64,000 nt of DNA from an uncultured Alphaproteobacteria bacterium. Lineage in GTDB: Bacteria > Pseudomonadota > Alphaproteobacteria > RF32 > CAG-239. The stretch lies in contig CALXRS010000005.1 in the NCBI GenBank assembly GCA_944390915.1, positions 7,663 to 71,662 on the forward strand, read 5' to 3'. Shown piece by piece: positions 45,577 to 54,778 of the stretch. How positions within the stretch are numbered: position 1 is the first letter of the stretch; every line of letters begins with the position of its first letter. A program made the position numbers and the translations under genes. Under the pieces are notes generated by a model. It did no database searches. It was given only the letters and a program-made list of their open reading frames with translations, and had not been told where the DNA came from.

Positions 45577-45610
45577 AAGAGCGGTCGGCTTTTGCCGGCC
45601 GCTCTTTTGC
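45577..45610 (+). terminator. terminator after tRNA-Val
   Basis: A 13-bp stem AAGAGCGGTCGGC/GCCGGCCGCTCTT followed by TTTT. Confidence 0.75.
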
Positions 45611-45697
45611 GTTTGGGAGGAGCCGGATAATAAAAAAAACGTTTTCGGGCAAAATGCCCGAAAACGTTTTTTGGTGCTGTCTTTTTTTCCGGATTGT

Positions 45698-45943
45698 TCA
45701 GGCGGCCGTTTTGCGCCGGTTGAAGGAAACGGAAGTGCGGAAAAAACCGCTGACAAAACCCAAAAAGGCGCCTATCTGCCACATTTTGAACCCGCTGATG
45801 CCGATGGCGGCAAGGATTCCCAATATGGTTTTGCCGAAAAACCAGCCGACTACCCAGCCGATAAAAGTTCCCATTAAAGTGCTTAAAAGAACGCCCAAAA
45901 AAAGCATGACTGCCGTAAGCAGCGCATAAATCAGTTTTTCCAT
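45698..45943 (-). CDS. small membrane protein (81 aa, 2-3 TM)
   Basis: Highly hydrophobic: LLTAVMLFLGVLLSTLMGTFIGWVVGWFFG. ATG at 45943. Confidence 0.55.
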   Translation of the reverse strand: MEKLIYALLTAVMLFLGVLLSTLMGTFIGWVVGWFFGKTILGILAAIGISGFKMWQIGAFLGFVSGFFRTSVSFNRRKTAA

Positions 45944-46054
45944 ACAATTTTAATTTAATTAATAATCCGTAATAACGGCGCCATTATAAGCCTGCGGGTC
46001 GTTTTTGTCAACCGATGTCGCCCGTCCGCGGATTGTCGGTTTTGCATGCCGGGG

Positions 46055-47380
46055 CTATGGTTGTTGCGGGCGGATGGCGTTTACCGTTTGTCGGATAAAA
46101 TTCTGATAGGTTTTGTTGCTGTCGATAATTTCCTGCGCGTGGCGGTCGGTTTCCGAGCACAGCACCGGCAGGGTGATTTCGTCGTTCAGGAATTTGCGGG
46201 CGACGGCTTCGTCAAAGTTTTCCACTTTTTCCTGTTTGTACTGGCGGACAATCAATTCGATAATGGCCGGTTTTAAGGCCATGAACTCGCTCATGATGCT
46301 TTCGTCCATCACTTTTTCCAGCTTGATGCGGAAGAATGTCCAGGCCTGCTCCATGGTCAGTCCGTAGGGCTGCAGCCGTTCGTTGATGATTTTTATTTCG
46401 GGCGCGAAATATTTGGCGTAAACCTTGGGGAAGTTTGTCATTTCATAGCCCTGTTTACGGCAAAAATCGGGGTATCCTTCCATCATCCGGTAGGTGCTGC
46501 CGAGAGCAAGCCCCAGATTTTCGTCGTTTTGTTCCGCAGGCATGCGGAGAAACAGTAGCCCGAGGTTAAGCGCCAGCCCGAGCAGAACGACGGCGATTTC
46601 CGCCTTGCCGACAAAAGCGGGCATCTCCAGTTTGCGGTTGCTTTTGCGGTCGTGAAAGTTAATGCGTTTCTGCACGGCGGCAAGCAGAAACAGCCCGACA
46701 ATCCAGGCTGCCAGATAGCCTGCCCACAACAAAGGCAAAAAATTTTGCGCGCCCGTCCACAGCAGGGGGACGACGCCGAGCGCCGCCTGCAACGGCAGCA
46801 AAACGGCATAGCCGCCGGCAAATGCGGTAAAATGTTTGCCTTCGGTTTTGCTTCGGTTCAGGTTGAGGCGGATTATTTTCATCAGCGGCCAGACAAAAAA
46901 GATGCCGAACACAATCCCCTGCCAGAAGGGGCGTATTTCTTCGTCGCGGGCGTCTTTGCGCACCGCCTGCCAGTTTTTGTACAGCCAGTAGAACTCAAAC
47001 AGCCCGCCGCTCAAAAAGGCTGCCGCCGCCAGTTGCCGCGTCGGCAGCTGATAGAAAATGACCGGTCGGCTGTAGTTGACGTTTTGGTTGCGGGCGATAA
47101 AGTTTTTGATATGTTGCAGTCGGAGCCTGTCGGCAATGAAGGCGCAAACCGTCCGCATGACGAGCAAAACCGCCGCCGCGGCCGTCCAGCTGCCGAAAGC
47201 GATGAGCGTGGTTGCCGCCAGTGCCGTGCCGAGCGCAAACCATCCGGCAAACCAGGCGTACATGCCTTTTGCCAGAAAGTAAAAAGAGTTGAAAACAAAA
47301 GCGTATGCCGAAAAACGCCGCGGCGCCGAAGCGTCTTTAAGTTCTTTCTGATAAACGGATAATTTTGTTTCTGTATGCAT
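46055..47380 (-). CDS. hypothetical membrane protein with a soluble C-terminal domain
   Basis: Several TM helices followed by a ~150-aa soluble tail. I prefer the ATG at 47380 over the TTG at 47428. Confidence 0.6.
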   Translation of the reverse strand: MHTETKLSVYQKELKDASAPRRFSAYAFVFNSFYFLAKGMYAWFAGWFALGTALAATTLIAFGSWTAAAAVLLVMRTVCAFIADRLRLQHIKNFIARNQNVNYSRPVIFYQLPTRQLAAAAFLSGGLFEFYWLYKNWQAVRKDARDEEIRPFWQGIVFGIFFVWPLMKIIRLNLNRSKTEGKHFTAFAGGYAVLLPLQAALGVVPLLWTGAQNFLPLLWAGYLAAWIVGLFLLAAVQKRINFHDRKSNRKLEMPAFVGKAEIAVVLLGLALNLGLLFLRMPAEQNDENLGLALGSTYRMMEGYPDFCRKQGYEMTNFPKVYAKYFAPEIKIINERLQPYGLTMEQAWTFFRIKLEKVMDESIMSEFMALKPAIIELIVRQYKQEKVENFDEAVARKFLNDEITLPVLCSETDRHAQEIIDSNKTYQNFIRQTVNAIRPQQP

Positions 47381-47523
47381 GGCGCCCCTCTTGTGGTCAA
47401 GGTTAACCGTTTTAGGCGTTCGGGTCAAGCGGATAAATTATTTTGTTGGCAACGAAAAATCTTGATAATAAAACAACTTCCCGCTACAGTCGGATAAAAC
47501 GGAAAACATCGGGACAAGATTAA

Positions 47524-48909
47524 ATGAACAGGAAGTTAAAATATATATTGTTTGCGGCGGTATTTGCCGGCGGCTACTGCAGCCTGTCGCTGGAACTGGC
47601 GGTCATGCGTCAGCTGAGCGGTTTTGTCGGTTCGACGGCGGTCACCGCGTCCGTTATCATCGGCGTCATTTTGGCTTTTATGTCTTTCGGCTACTGGCGC
47701 GGGTCGGTGGTTTCCGTGCGCAAAAACCGTCTTCGCCGGCATCTTGCTCCCGATTTTATCCTGATTGCCCTGATGACGGCGTTTGCCTCCTCTTACATAT
47801 TGATAGACGTATATTTTATGGCGATGAACGCTGTCGGTATCCGTTCCAACGTGGCGCAGACTTTTGTTTACTCGTTTGCCTTTTTGTCTTTTGCGCCTTA
47901 TCTGTTCGGCAAAATCACGGCCGTTCTCAGCCGCTACCTCTACCGTTTTGACCGCAACAACGCGGGGCGCATCATGGCGGTGGATACCATCGGTTCGGTG
48001 CTCGGTTCGCTTTTGACCACGCTGGTGATTATGCCCTTTGTCGGCGTTAATCACACGGTTATGCTGATTACGGCGATAGCGTTGTTTGCCGCCTGTCTGC
48101 TCGGCAGCCGCGACTATGCCGCCATGGCGGTTATTTTGCTGATGGTGTTTTTGCTCAACCGCGATTCGCTGTTGGCCGACATTTATCATATTGTCGAAAA
48201 CAACGCCGTTTCGACCATTGCCATAGAAGAAACCGACGACGGCCGCTCAAAAATCATGTTTATGAACGGCGGCGGCGCCTCCAAAGTTTCCGAAGACAGG
48301 GAACTTCGTTTCGGTTACGTTCGTTTTGTCGAGGACAATTTTATCTCTTTTTTGCCGACGTCGGGCAAGCCTAAAAAAATTCTGATAATCGGCGCCGGCG
48401 GTTTTACCATGGGGCAATATGACGATTTTAACGACTATACCTATATAGACGTCGACGCTTCCCTAAAAGAAGTGTCTGAAAAATATTTTTTGCCGGAACC
48501 CCTCGGCGATAATAAAAAATTTGTGGTGGCCGATGCCAACCAGTTCTTAAAGGAAAACGACGTGCAATATGATCTGGTGGTGCTCGACACCTATTCCAGT
48601 CAGCGGATTATTCCGCTCGACCTGGTAACGGCGGAATATTTTGCCCGTGTGCGGCGGGCGGTGGCGCCGTCGGGCATGGTGGTTATGAACATAGTGGCGT
48701 CGCCGCCCTTTTCGTCGCCGTTGTCGCAAAAGCTGGACAACACGATTCGCAGCGTGTTTACGGGCTTTTTGCAACGGCAGGTCATCGGTCGTTTCGACGC
48801 CTGGTGCCGCAGCGACTGCCCGCTTCGCAACCTGATGTATGTGTGGTACAATCTGCCGGAAGAAAACGCCGTCTATACCATCAACAAAAATTCGGCTTTT
48901 TACGACTGA
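47524..48909 (+). CDS. membrane-bound spermidine-synthase-like protein (N-terminal multi-TM domain plus aminopropyltransferase/methyltransferase fold)
   Basis: ILIIGAGGFTMG and DLVVLDTYS Rossmann motifs follow about 7 hydrophobic helices. Confidence 0.65.
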   Translation: MNRKLKYILFAAVFAGGYCSLSLELAVMRQLSGFVGSTAVTASVIIGVILAFMSFGYWRGSVVSVRKNRLRRHLAPDFILIALMTAFASSYILIDVYFMAMNAVGIRSNVAQTFVYSFAFLSFAPYLFGKITAVLSRYLYRFDRNNAGRIMAVDTIGSVLGSLLTTLVIMPFVGVNHTVMLITAIALFAACLLGSRDYAAMAVILLMVFLLNRDSLLADIYHIVENNAVSTIAIEETDDGRSKIMFMNGGGASKVSEDRELRFGYVRFVEDNFISFLPTSGKPKKILIIGAGGFTMGQYDDFNDYTYIDVDASLKEVSEKYFLPEPLGDNKKFVVADANQFLKENDVQYDLVVLDTYSSQRIIPLDLVTAEYFARVRRAVAPSGMVVMNIVASPPFSSPLSQKLDNTIRSVFTGFLQRQVIGRFDAWCRSDCPLRNLMYVWYNLPEENAVYTINKNSAFYD

Positions 48910-48915
48910 AAAAGA

Positions 48916-48944
48916 TTGACGTCCGCCGGTTGCCCGTGTAAATA
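48916..48944 (+). promoter_or_regulatory. promoter TTGACG-17-TAAATA for marC
   Basis: Coordinates read directly. It lies 43 nt upstream of the ATG at 48987. Confidence 0.45.
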
Positions 48945-48986
48945 GGGGCATCGGTATGATTTAACGTTTTTTTCAGGAAGGGTAAA

Positions 48987-49595
48987 ATGTTTTCCGAATT
49001 TAGTTTTCGTCAGTTTATAAGCGCGTTTGTGGTGTTGTTTGCGGTTATCGACATTGTGGGGTCGGTGCCGGTTATTCTGAAATTGAAAAAAAACGGCAAA
49101 AAGATAAGCGCCGGCAAAGTTGCCTTTTGGTCTTTTCTGATGTTTATCGCTTTCTTTTATATCGGCGAATTTTTTCTCAACCTGTTTAAGCTCGACATGT
49201 CGTCGTTTGCCATTGCCGGTTCGCTGATTATCTTTATCATGGCGCTCGAGATGATTTTGGATATAGAAATTTTCCGCGAAGGCCCCGACACGCCGAAAGA
49301 TTCGGTTTTCGTGCCGCTGGTTTTTCCGCTGATAGCCGGCGCCGGTGCGTTGACCACGCTGCTGACGATTCGCGCGCAGTTTGCCGATATCAACGTGCTG
49401 TTGGCCATTGTCGCCAACATGATCGTGGTTTATCTCGTCATCCGGCTGGCAAAGCTGATAGAAAAGAAACTGGGGCCGAGTTTCATCTATATGCTGCAGA
49501 AGTTTTTCGGTATCATTCTGCTCGCCATTTCGGTTAAGCTGTTTATTACCAACATTACCGTTCTGATAGAGCAGATTACCCGCACGGCGGCATAA
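48987..49595 (+). CDS. marC: MarC-family (UPF0056) integral membrane protein
   Basis: 202 aa, 6 TM, FISAFVVLFAVIDIVGSVPV N-terminal motif. Confidence 0.8.
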   Translation: MFSEFSFRQFISAFVVLFAVIDIVGSVPVILKLKKNGKKISAGKVAFWSFLMFIAFFYIGEFFLNLFKLDMSSFAIAGSLIIFIMALEMILDIEIFREGPDTPKDSVFVPLVFPLIAGAGALTTLLTIRAQFADINVLLAIVANMIVVYLVIRLAKLIEKKLGPSFIYMLQKFFGIILLAISVKLFITNITVLIEQITRTAA

Positions 49596-49692
49596 TTTCG
49601 TTCCGGGGGTTTGCGCTTTTGCCAATCGGGGCTTGATATTTTTCCGTTTAGAGCCTAAATTTTAAGGAAGATTAAGAAAGGCTTGGTGCAAA

Positions 49693-50145
49693 ATGCAGGA
49701 CAATCTGCCCGAATTGAGAGATATTCATCTGCCGGCGGAAGATATTTCCGTTTTTCCGTTGGCGTATGGCTGGTGGGTTTTGGCGGCCGCCGTCATCATA
49801 CTGGTTCTGGTTATCCGGCTGCTCCGTCTGTTGTGGCGCAAAAGCCGCCGGCGCTATGCTTTGCGCCTGCTGGACAACGCCCGCCGGCCGGAGCTTTCGT
49901 CGGCGGTGAAAATGTCGGAAATTCTGCGGCGGATATGCGTGTACAAATATCCGGCGGCGGCGGCGCTTTTCGGCAAAGACTGGCTCGATTTTCTGAACAA
50001 CCGCGCCAAAAGCAAAATCTCCGGCCGGGCGGCGCAGCTGCTGCTTGACGCCCCTTACATCGGTGCCGATTCAAAAGTCTACGGGCGCGAAGAAATAGAC
50101 GCGCTGTATCTGTTTTGCCGCGACTGGATAGGAGAAAATTTATGA
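49693..50145 (+). CDS. DUF4381-like membrane protein (first gene of the Bat cluster)
   Basis: ELRDIHLP...WW followed by a single TM helix and RRRYALRLL. The stop overlaps the batA ATG (ATGA). Confidence 0.65.
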   Translation: MQDNLPELRDIHLPAEDISVFPLAYGWWVLAAAVIILVLVIRLLRLLWRKSRRRYALRLLDNARRPELSSAVKMSEILRRICVYKYPAAAALFGKDWLDFLNNRAKSKISGRAAQLLLDAPYIGADSKVYGREEIDALYLFCRDWIGENL

Positions 50146-51167
50146 TTCGTTTTGCTTATCCGTTGCTGTTTCTGCTGTTGCTGTTGCCGTTTGTCGTCCG
50201 CCGTTTTTTGCCGCCGGTGCGCGGGCTGCACGGCGACGCCCTGCGTGTGCCTTTTTTGGATGATCTGGCCGGTATAAAAAGCCGCGCCGGCCGCGGGCAG
50301 AGCCTGGCCGCCGACAACGCCGCGGCCGCCAACCGCAGGGGACTGTGGCTGATGTCTTTGCTGTGGCTGTTGCTGGTAACCGCCGCCGCCCGTCCGCAAT
50401 GGCTCGGCGAGCCGGTGCAGATAAAAAATTACGGGCGGGACATTATGCTGGTTTTGGATATATCCACCTCCATGCGGGAGCCGGATTTTTCTTTGAACCG
50501 GCGACGGATAGACCGGTTGACGGCGGTTAAGCTTACGGCCGACGAATTTATCAGACGCCGCCCGAACGACCGGTTCGGACTGGTGTTGTTTGGCACAAGG
50601 GCATATCTGCAGGCGCCGATAACCTTTGACCGGCAGTCCGTGCGCGATATTTTGCGGGCAATGGACGCGGGTATGGCCGGCAACTCCACTTCCATCGGCG
50701 ACGCTCTGGGGCTGGCGCTGAAAAATCTGCGCGAAGAAAATTTGCCGGCAACCGATACTCCCAAAGACAAAATTATCATTTTGCTGACCGACGGCGAAAA
50801 CAACGACGGCAGTTTGAGCATGGCGCAGGCCGTCAACCTTGCCCAAAATGAAAAAGTGAAGGTCTATACCGTCGGCGTCGGTTCCGAAAACGCTTTTACC
50901 GATTCGCTGTTCGGTATCCGTCTGTCGGCGGGCAACGGCATTGACTAAGAGGGGTTGAAACAATTGGCGGCGGCCACCGAGGGCACCTATTTCCGCGCCG
51001 GCGACACGGCGGGACTGCAAAAAATTTATGATGCGATTGACCGTTTGGAGCCGAGCGCCGACGAAGATCAATATGTGCGCGAGGCCAAAGACGTGTTTTA
51101 CTGGCCGTTGACGGCGGCGCTGCTGACGGCGCTGGCGGCCGTGTGGCTGAAAAGGAGGGGAGCCTGA
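50142..51167 (+). pseudogene. batA: batA (VWA-domain aerotolerance protein) interrupted by an in-frame TAA at 50946-50948
   Basis: N-terminal TM helix and MIDAS motif DISTSM. The reading frame continues unchanged after the stop (ID*EGLKQLAAATEGTYFRAGD...) into the conserved C-terminus and the C-terminal TM helix. Confidence 0.75.
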
Positions 51168-52942
51168 TGGAAGCTTTTTGGGCAGATTTTCATTTTTTGC
51201 GGCCGTGGTGGCTGCTGGCGGCCGTGCTGCCGGTTGTCGGCTGCTGGCGTTTTTTGTCGGGGCTGAAAAACGTTTCCGCCTGGGAGGCCGTTTGCGACCG
51301 CAATTTGCTCGATTTTTTGCTGATAAAGGGATCTTCGCGTCAACGCCGACTGGTGGCGGGAATGTTGCTTTTCGGACTGCTGGGGGCGGTTGTCGCTCTG
51401 GCTGGGCCGAGCTGGCGCAAGCGTGAAATTCCGGTTTTTGCGCCGGAAAACCCGGTAATGTTTTTGCTGAACATGTCGTCGGATATGAACCAAACGGACG
51501 TAACGCCGAACCGTTTGGCGCGGGCAAAATATGCGTTGGCCGATTTGCTGAAATCCGTTTCGGGAGCAGAAAGCGGGCTTGTCGTTTATACCGATGAGCC
51601 GTTTTTAATCAGTCCGCTGACGGCCGACGGCAAAGTGATAGAAAACCTGTTGCCGGCCGTGGTGCCGGACATTATGCCGGAAAACGGCGACCGCCTGCAT
51701 CGGGCGCTGGATTATGCCGTCCGGCGTTTTGTCGACGCCGGTTTTAAGAAAGGCAGCATTGTCGTGCTGGCGGCCGATGCCGGACAGGATTTTAATCTGG
51801 CGATGATATCCGCCGCCGCGGCCCGTGCCAAAGGTTACCGCGTCAATGTCGTCGACGCCGGAGCAAAAGGTTCGGAAAAGCTGAAGATGATTGCCGACAG
51901 GGGCGGGGGCGTTTATGCCGGCGTTTTGTCCGGCCTGTCGCGGCTGGCGGCGGCTTTGTCCGTTGACGACGGCGGCGGGCTGAAGGAAAGTCAAAACGAA
52001 CGCGAAATATGGGAAGACGCCGGCTATTGGCTGCTGTTTATTCCGCTCGTCTGCGCCCTGTTTTTTTTCCGCCGCGGCATTTTTGTGTGGGTTTTGGCTT
52101 TTGGCCTCGGCGGCGCTCTGCCGGCGGAAGCGGGCTTTTTCTTAAACGACAATCAGGAAGGCCTGCGGGCTTTTCGCAACAACGATTTCACGACGGCGGC
52201 GCAAAAATTTGAACTGCCGGCGTGGAAAGCTTCTTCCTACTACCGTTCCGGCGATTTTGACAAGGCGTACGAGTATTTTTCCGGCAGCGACGCCGAAAGC
52301 CTCTATAATCAGGGAAACGCGTTGGCCAAAAGCGGCAAGCTTGAAGAGGCAATCAGAAAATACGAGGAGGTGTTGGCCAAAGAGCCGGGACACGAAGATG
52401 CCGAATTTAATCTGGAATACATAAAACGGCAACAGCAGCAACAACAGCAGCAACAGTCCGCCGGCGGCGGAGAAAACGACCGGAAAAACGACCGGAACCA
52501 ATCCGCGGACGGCAGCGACAACCGGTCGGGCAAAAGCGATAATAACAACGACAACGGCAACAACGAGCAGCAGGCGGTGGACGACAACCGCCCCGAACAG
52601 CAATCTCCTTCCGGCGGCAAGGGCGAGGAAGAAGACAAAAATCAGCAACAGCCTCAGGAGGCGGAATCTGCAGACGATAAGCAGGATAATGCTCAAAACG
52701 ACGGCGACGGGCAACGGCAAACGCCTTCGCCGCAGGAAAAACAAAATGAAAGCGAGCGGCAGGCCGAAGCTCAGGCGGTTGAAAACGAAGGCCAAACCGG
52801 CGACGGCGAAAAAGGCTACAGCGAAGCCGCCCAAGCGCGGGAGCAGCAGTTTCGCGACATTCCCGAAGACGCCGGCGGTTTGTTGCGGGCGTTTATCCGC
52901 AAAGAATATATGAAAAATCGGTATAAGGACGAGGGACTATGA
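51167..52942 (+). CDS. BatB/BatC-like fusion: VWA domain plus TPR repeats plus a Q/N/D/E-rich tail
   Basis: TM helices, a VWA region, TPR (YYRSGDFDKAYEYF...YNQGNALAKSGKLEEAIRKYEEVL) and a poly-Q acidic tail. The ATG overlaps the preceding stop (TGATG). Confidence 0.8.
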   Translation: MEAFWADFHFLRPWWLLAAVLPVVGCWRFLSGLKNVSAWEAVCDRNLLDFLLIKGSSRQRRLVAGMLLFGLLGAVVALAGPSWRKREIPVFAPENPVMFLLNMSSDMNQTDVTPNRLARAKYALADLLKSVSGAESGLVVYTDEPFLISPLTADGKVIENLLPAVVPDIMPENGDRLHRALDYAVRRFVDAGFKKGSIVVLAADAGQDFNLAMISAAAARAKGYRVNVVDAGAKGSEKLKMIADRGGGVYAGVLSGLSRLAAALSVDDGGGLKESQNEREIWEDAGYWLLFIPLVCALFFFRRGIFVWVLAFGLGGALPAEAGFFLNDNQEGLRAFRNNDFTTAAQKFELPAWKASSYYRSGDFDKAYEYFSGSDAESLYNQGNALAKSGKLEEAIRKYEEVLAKEPGHEDAEFNLEYIKRQQQQQQQQQSAGGGENDRKNDRNQSADGSDNRSGKSDNNNDNGNNEQQAVDDNRPEQQSPSGGKGEEEDKNQQQPQEAESADDKQDNAQNDGDGQRQTPSPQEKQNESERQAEAQAVENEGQTGDGEKGYSEAAQAREQQFRDIPEDAGGLLRAFIRKEYMKNRYKDEGL

Positions 52943-54699
52943 AAAAAGGGATATTATTCTTTGTCATCAGCTTAATGCTGGCTGTGCCGGCCAGAGCCGA
53001 CACGCTCACCGCCAAGCTCAACCGCAATCCGGTGCCGGCGGGAGAAACTTTTGTTTTGTCGTTGGAATACGCCGGTGATCCGGGCACGGCACAGCCGGAT
53101 TTGTCGGCTTTGGAAAAAGATTTCAAGGTTTATATGGTTTCCAGTTCCTACAAGGGCGTCTACCGCAACGGGCAGATGAGCAAAACCTACGTCTGGAGCA
53201 TCAGCATGGCGGCGGAGCAGACCGGCGAGTATACCATTCCCCCGCTGTCGGTTAACAACGTGCGCAGCCAGCCCCTTGTTCTGAAAGTGGTGGAAGCTTC
53301 CGAACTGCCGGCGGCGGACGAGCCGCGGGGACCGGTGTTTTCGGTAACCCGCAGCATTGACAACCCGCATCCTTTCGTGCAGCAGCAGCTTAACTACAGT
53401 TTCACCATCACCACCGACGCTGCCCTGCAGGGCAACGCGCCGCAGTTTCTGGCGGAAAATCCGGACGACTGGATTATCCGTGTGCTGGGCGATCCGCAGA
53501 TTTCCACCAGAATGAAAGACGGGGCGGAAATGCGCGACATTACGTTCAACTATGCGCTGTTTCCGCAAAGAAGCGGCAAGCTGGTGATTCCCGAAGTGCG
53601 CTTCAGCGGCTATTATGTGGATTCGGAAAGCCGCGGGCACAATGCCATGCAGGGACTTCTCGGTGCGTTCGGCGGCTTGCGCGACCCCGGTTTCGGGCTG
53701 GAGATGTTCGGCCGCCGGGTTCCGGTAAGCTTGAAAGCCCGTCCGATAAGCATTGAAGTCGGCAAAATTCCCGCCGCCAACAACGGCAGCTGGTGGCTGC
53801 CGGCCAAAAACGCCGTCATCACCTCCGACTGGCAGGAAAAAACGCCCGTTTTCAAAAGCGGGGAGGCCGTCAGCCGGGAGATTTATCTGCGGGTAACCGG
53901 GGTTATAGATTCGCAGCTGCCGGAGATACGTTTTGCTGATATTCCGGGGATGAAACAATATCCCGAAAAACCGGAAGTGAAAAGTATGATTGAAAACGGC
54001 GACGTGGTGTCGCTGATGACCGTTAAAAACGTATATATTCCCGAAAAAAGCGGCCGCTACACCATTCCCGAAACGGCGGTTGTCTGGTATGACGTTGAAA
54101 ACAACCGGATGGAAAAAGCCGTGCTGCCGGCCATGACCGTTGAAGTTGCTCCCGGTGCGGCAACAGTCCCGACGGAAAGCGCGCCGCCGTCAACGGCGCC
54201 TGCGGCAACCTCCGCCGCGGCACCGGCAAATGCCGCCGCGGCAACAAACCTGCCCGCCGGCAACCTGCTGTGGTATATCCTGGCCGCTTTTGCCGGCGGC
54301 ATCACGGTCAGCCTGACCGCGGTATTTCTCATCCTGCGCCGCTTTTTGCCGGCGGCGGGCAAAAAGCCGGAAGCCAAAGCGCCGGCCGCCGAACCGGTAA
54401 GCGTGGGCAAGGCCGTCCGCAACAACGATCTGCGCGCCGTGCGCGATAATGTTATCGCCTGGGCGGAAAAATCTTTTCCGGAGCAAAAAGTGCGCAATCT
54501 GGACGATGTTGTCGGGCTTGTGGCCGATACGGATTTTGCCGCCGAACTGCAAAAACTGCAAACGGCGCTCTATTCCGGCCGTACGGCAGATTTTGACGCG
54601 GCGCGGTTTATGGATATTTTTGCCCGCGTCGGCAAACGGCAGAAAAAGAAAAAAGCCAAAGAAAAAGACGGCCCGTTATTGCCGCGGCTGTATAAGTAG
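52939..54699 (+). CDS. batD: BatD-like oxygen-tolerance protein
   Basis: A signal peptide, a long beta-rich ectodomain, and a C-terminal TM helix LLWYILAAFAGGITVSLTAVFLIL. The ATGA overlaps batB/C. Confidence 0.8.
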   Translation: MKKGILFFVISLMLAVPARADTLTAKLNRNPVPAGETFVLSLEYAGDPGTAQPDLSALEKDFKVYMVSSSYKGVYRNGQMSKTYVWSISMAAEQTGEYTIPPLSVNNVRSQPLVLKVVEASELPAADEPRGPVFSVTRSIDNPHPFVQQQLNYSFTITTDAALQGNAPQFLAENPDDWIIRVLGDPQISTRMKDGAEMRDITFNYALFPQRSGKLVIPEVRFSGYYVDSESRGHNAMQGLLGAFGGLRDPGFGLEMFGRRVPVSLKARPISIEVGKIPAANNGSWWLPAKNAVITSDWQEKTPVFKSGEAVSREIYLRVTGVIDSQLPEIRFADIPGMKQYPEKPEVKSMIENGDVVSLMTVKNVYIPEKSGRYTIPETAVVWYDVENNRMEKAVLPAMTVEVAPGAATVPTESAPPSTAPAATSAAAPANAAAATNLPAGNLLWYILAAFAGGITVSLTAVFLILRRFLPAAGKKPEAKAPAAEPVSVGKAVRNNDLRAVRDNVIAWAEKSFPEQKVRNLDDVVGLVADTDFAAELQKLQTALYSGRTADFDAARFMDIFARVGKRQKKKKAKEKDGPLLPRLYK

Positions 54700-54723
54700 A
54701 CGGTTTGTATAAGCGACAAAAAC

Positions 54724-54760
54724 AAAGCGGCCGGTTATTCCGGCCGCTTTGTCCGTTTTT
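54724..54760. terminator. bidirectional terminator between batD and the ABC exporter gene
   Basis: An 11-bp stem AAAGCGGCCGG/CCGGCCGCTTT, loop TTATT, then GTCCGTTTTT. Confidence 0.7.
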
Positions 54761-54778
54761 ATGCTTTGCGGGCAAAAA

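Noticed and set aside
45317-46054. Integrated element at tRNA-Val (a common integration site).
   Set aside because: There is no integrase, no duplicated tRNA 3' end (att-like repeat) downstream, and no phage or conjugation genes nearby. The flanking genes are small membrane proteins with native-looking composition.
50946-50948. Programmed recoding (selenocysteine, pyrrolysine or readthrough) at the batA in-frame stop.
   Set aside because: The codon is TAA, not TGA or TAG. No downstream SECIS-like stem-loop is evident, and all other genes in the window terminate normally at TAA, TGA or TAG. A nonsense mutation or a base-call error is the simpler explanation.
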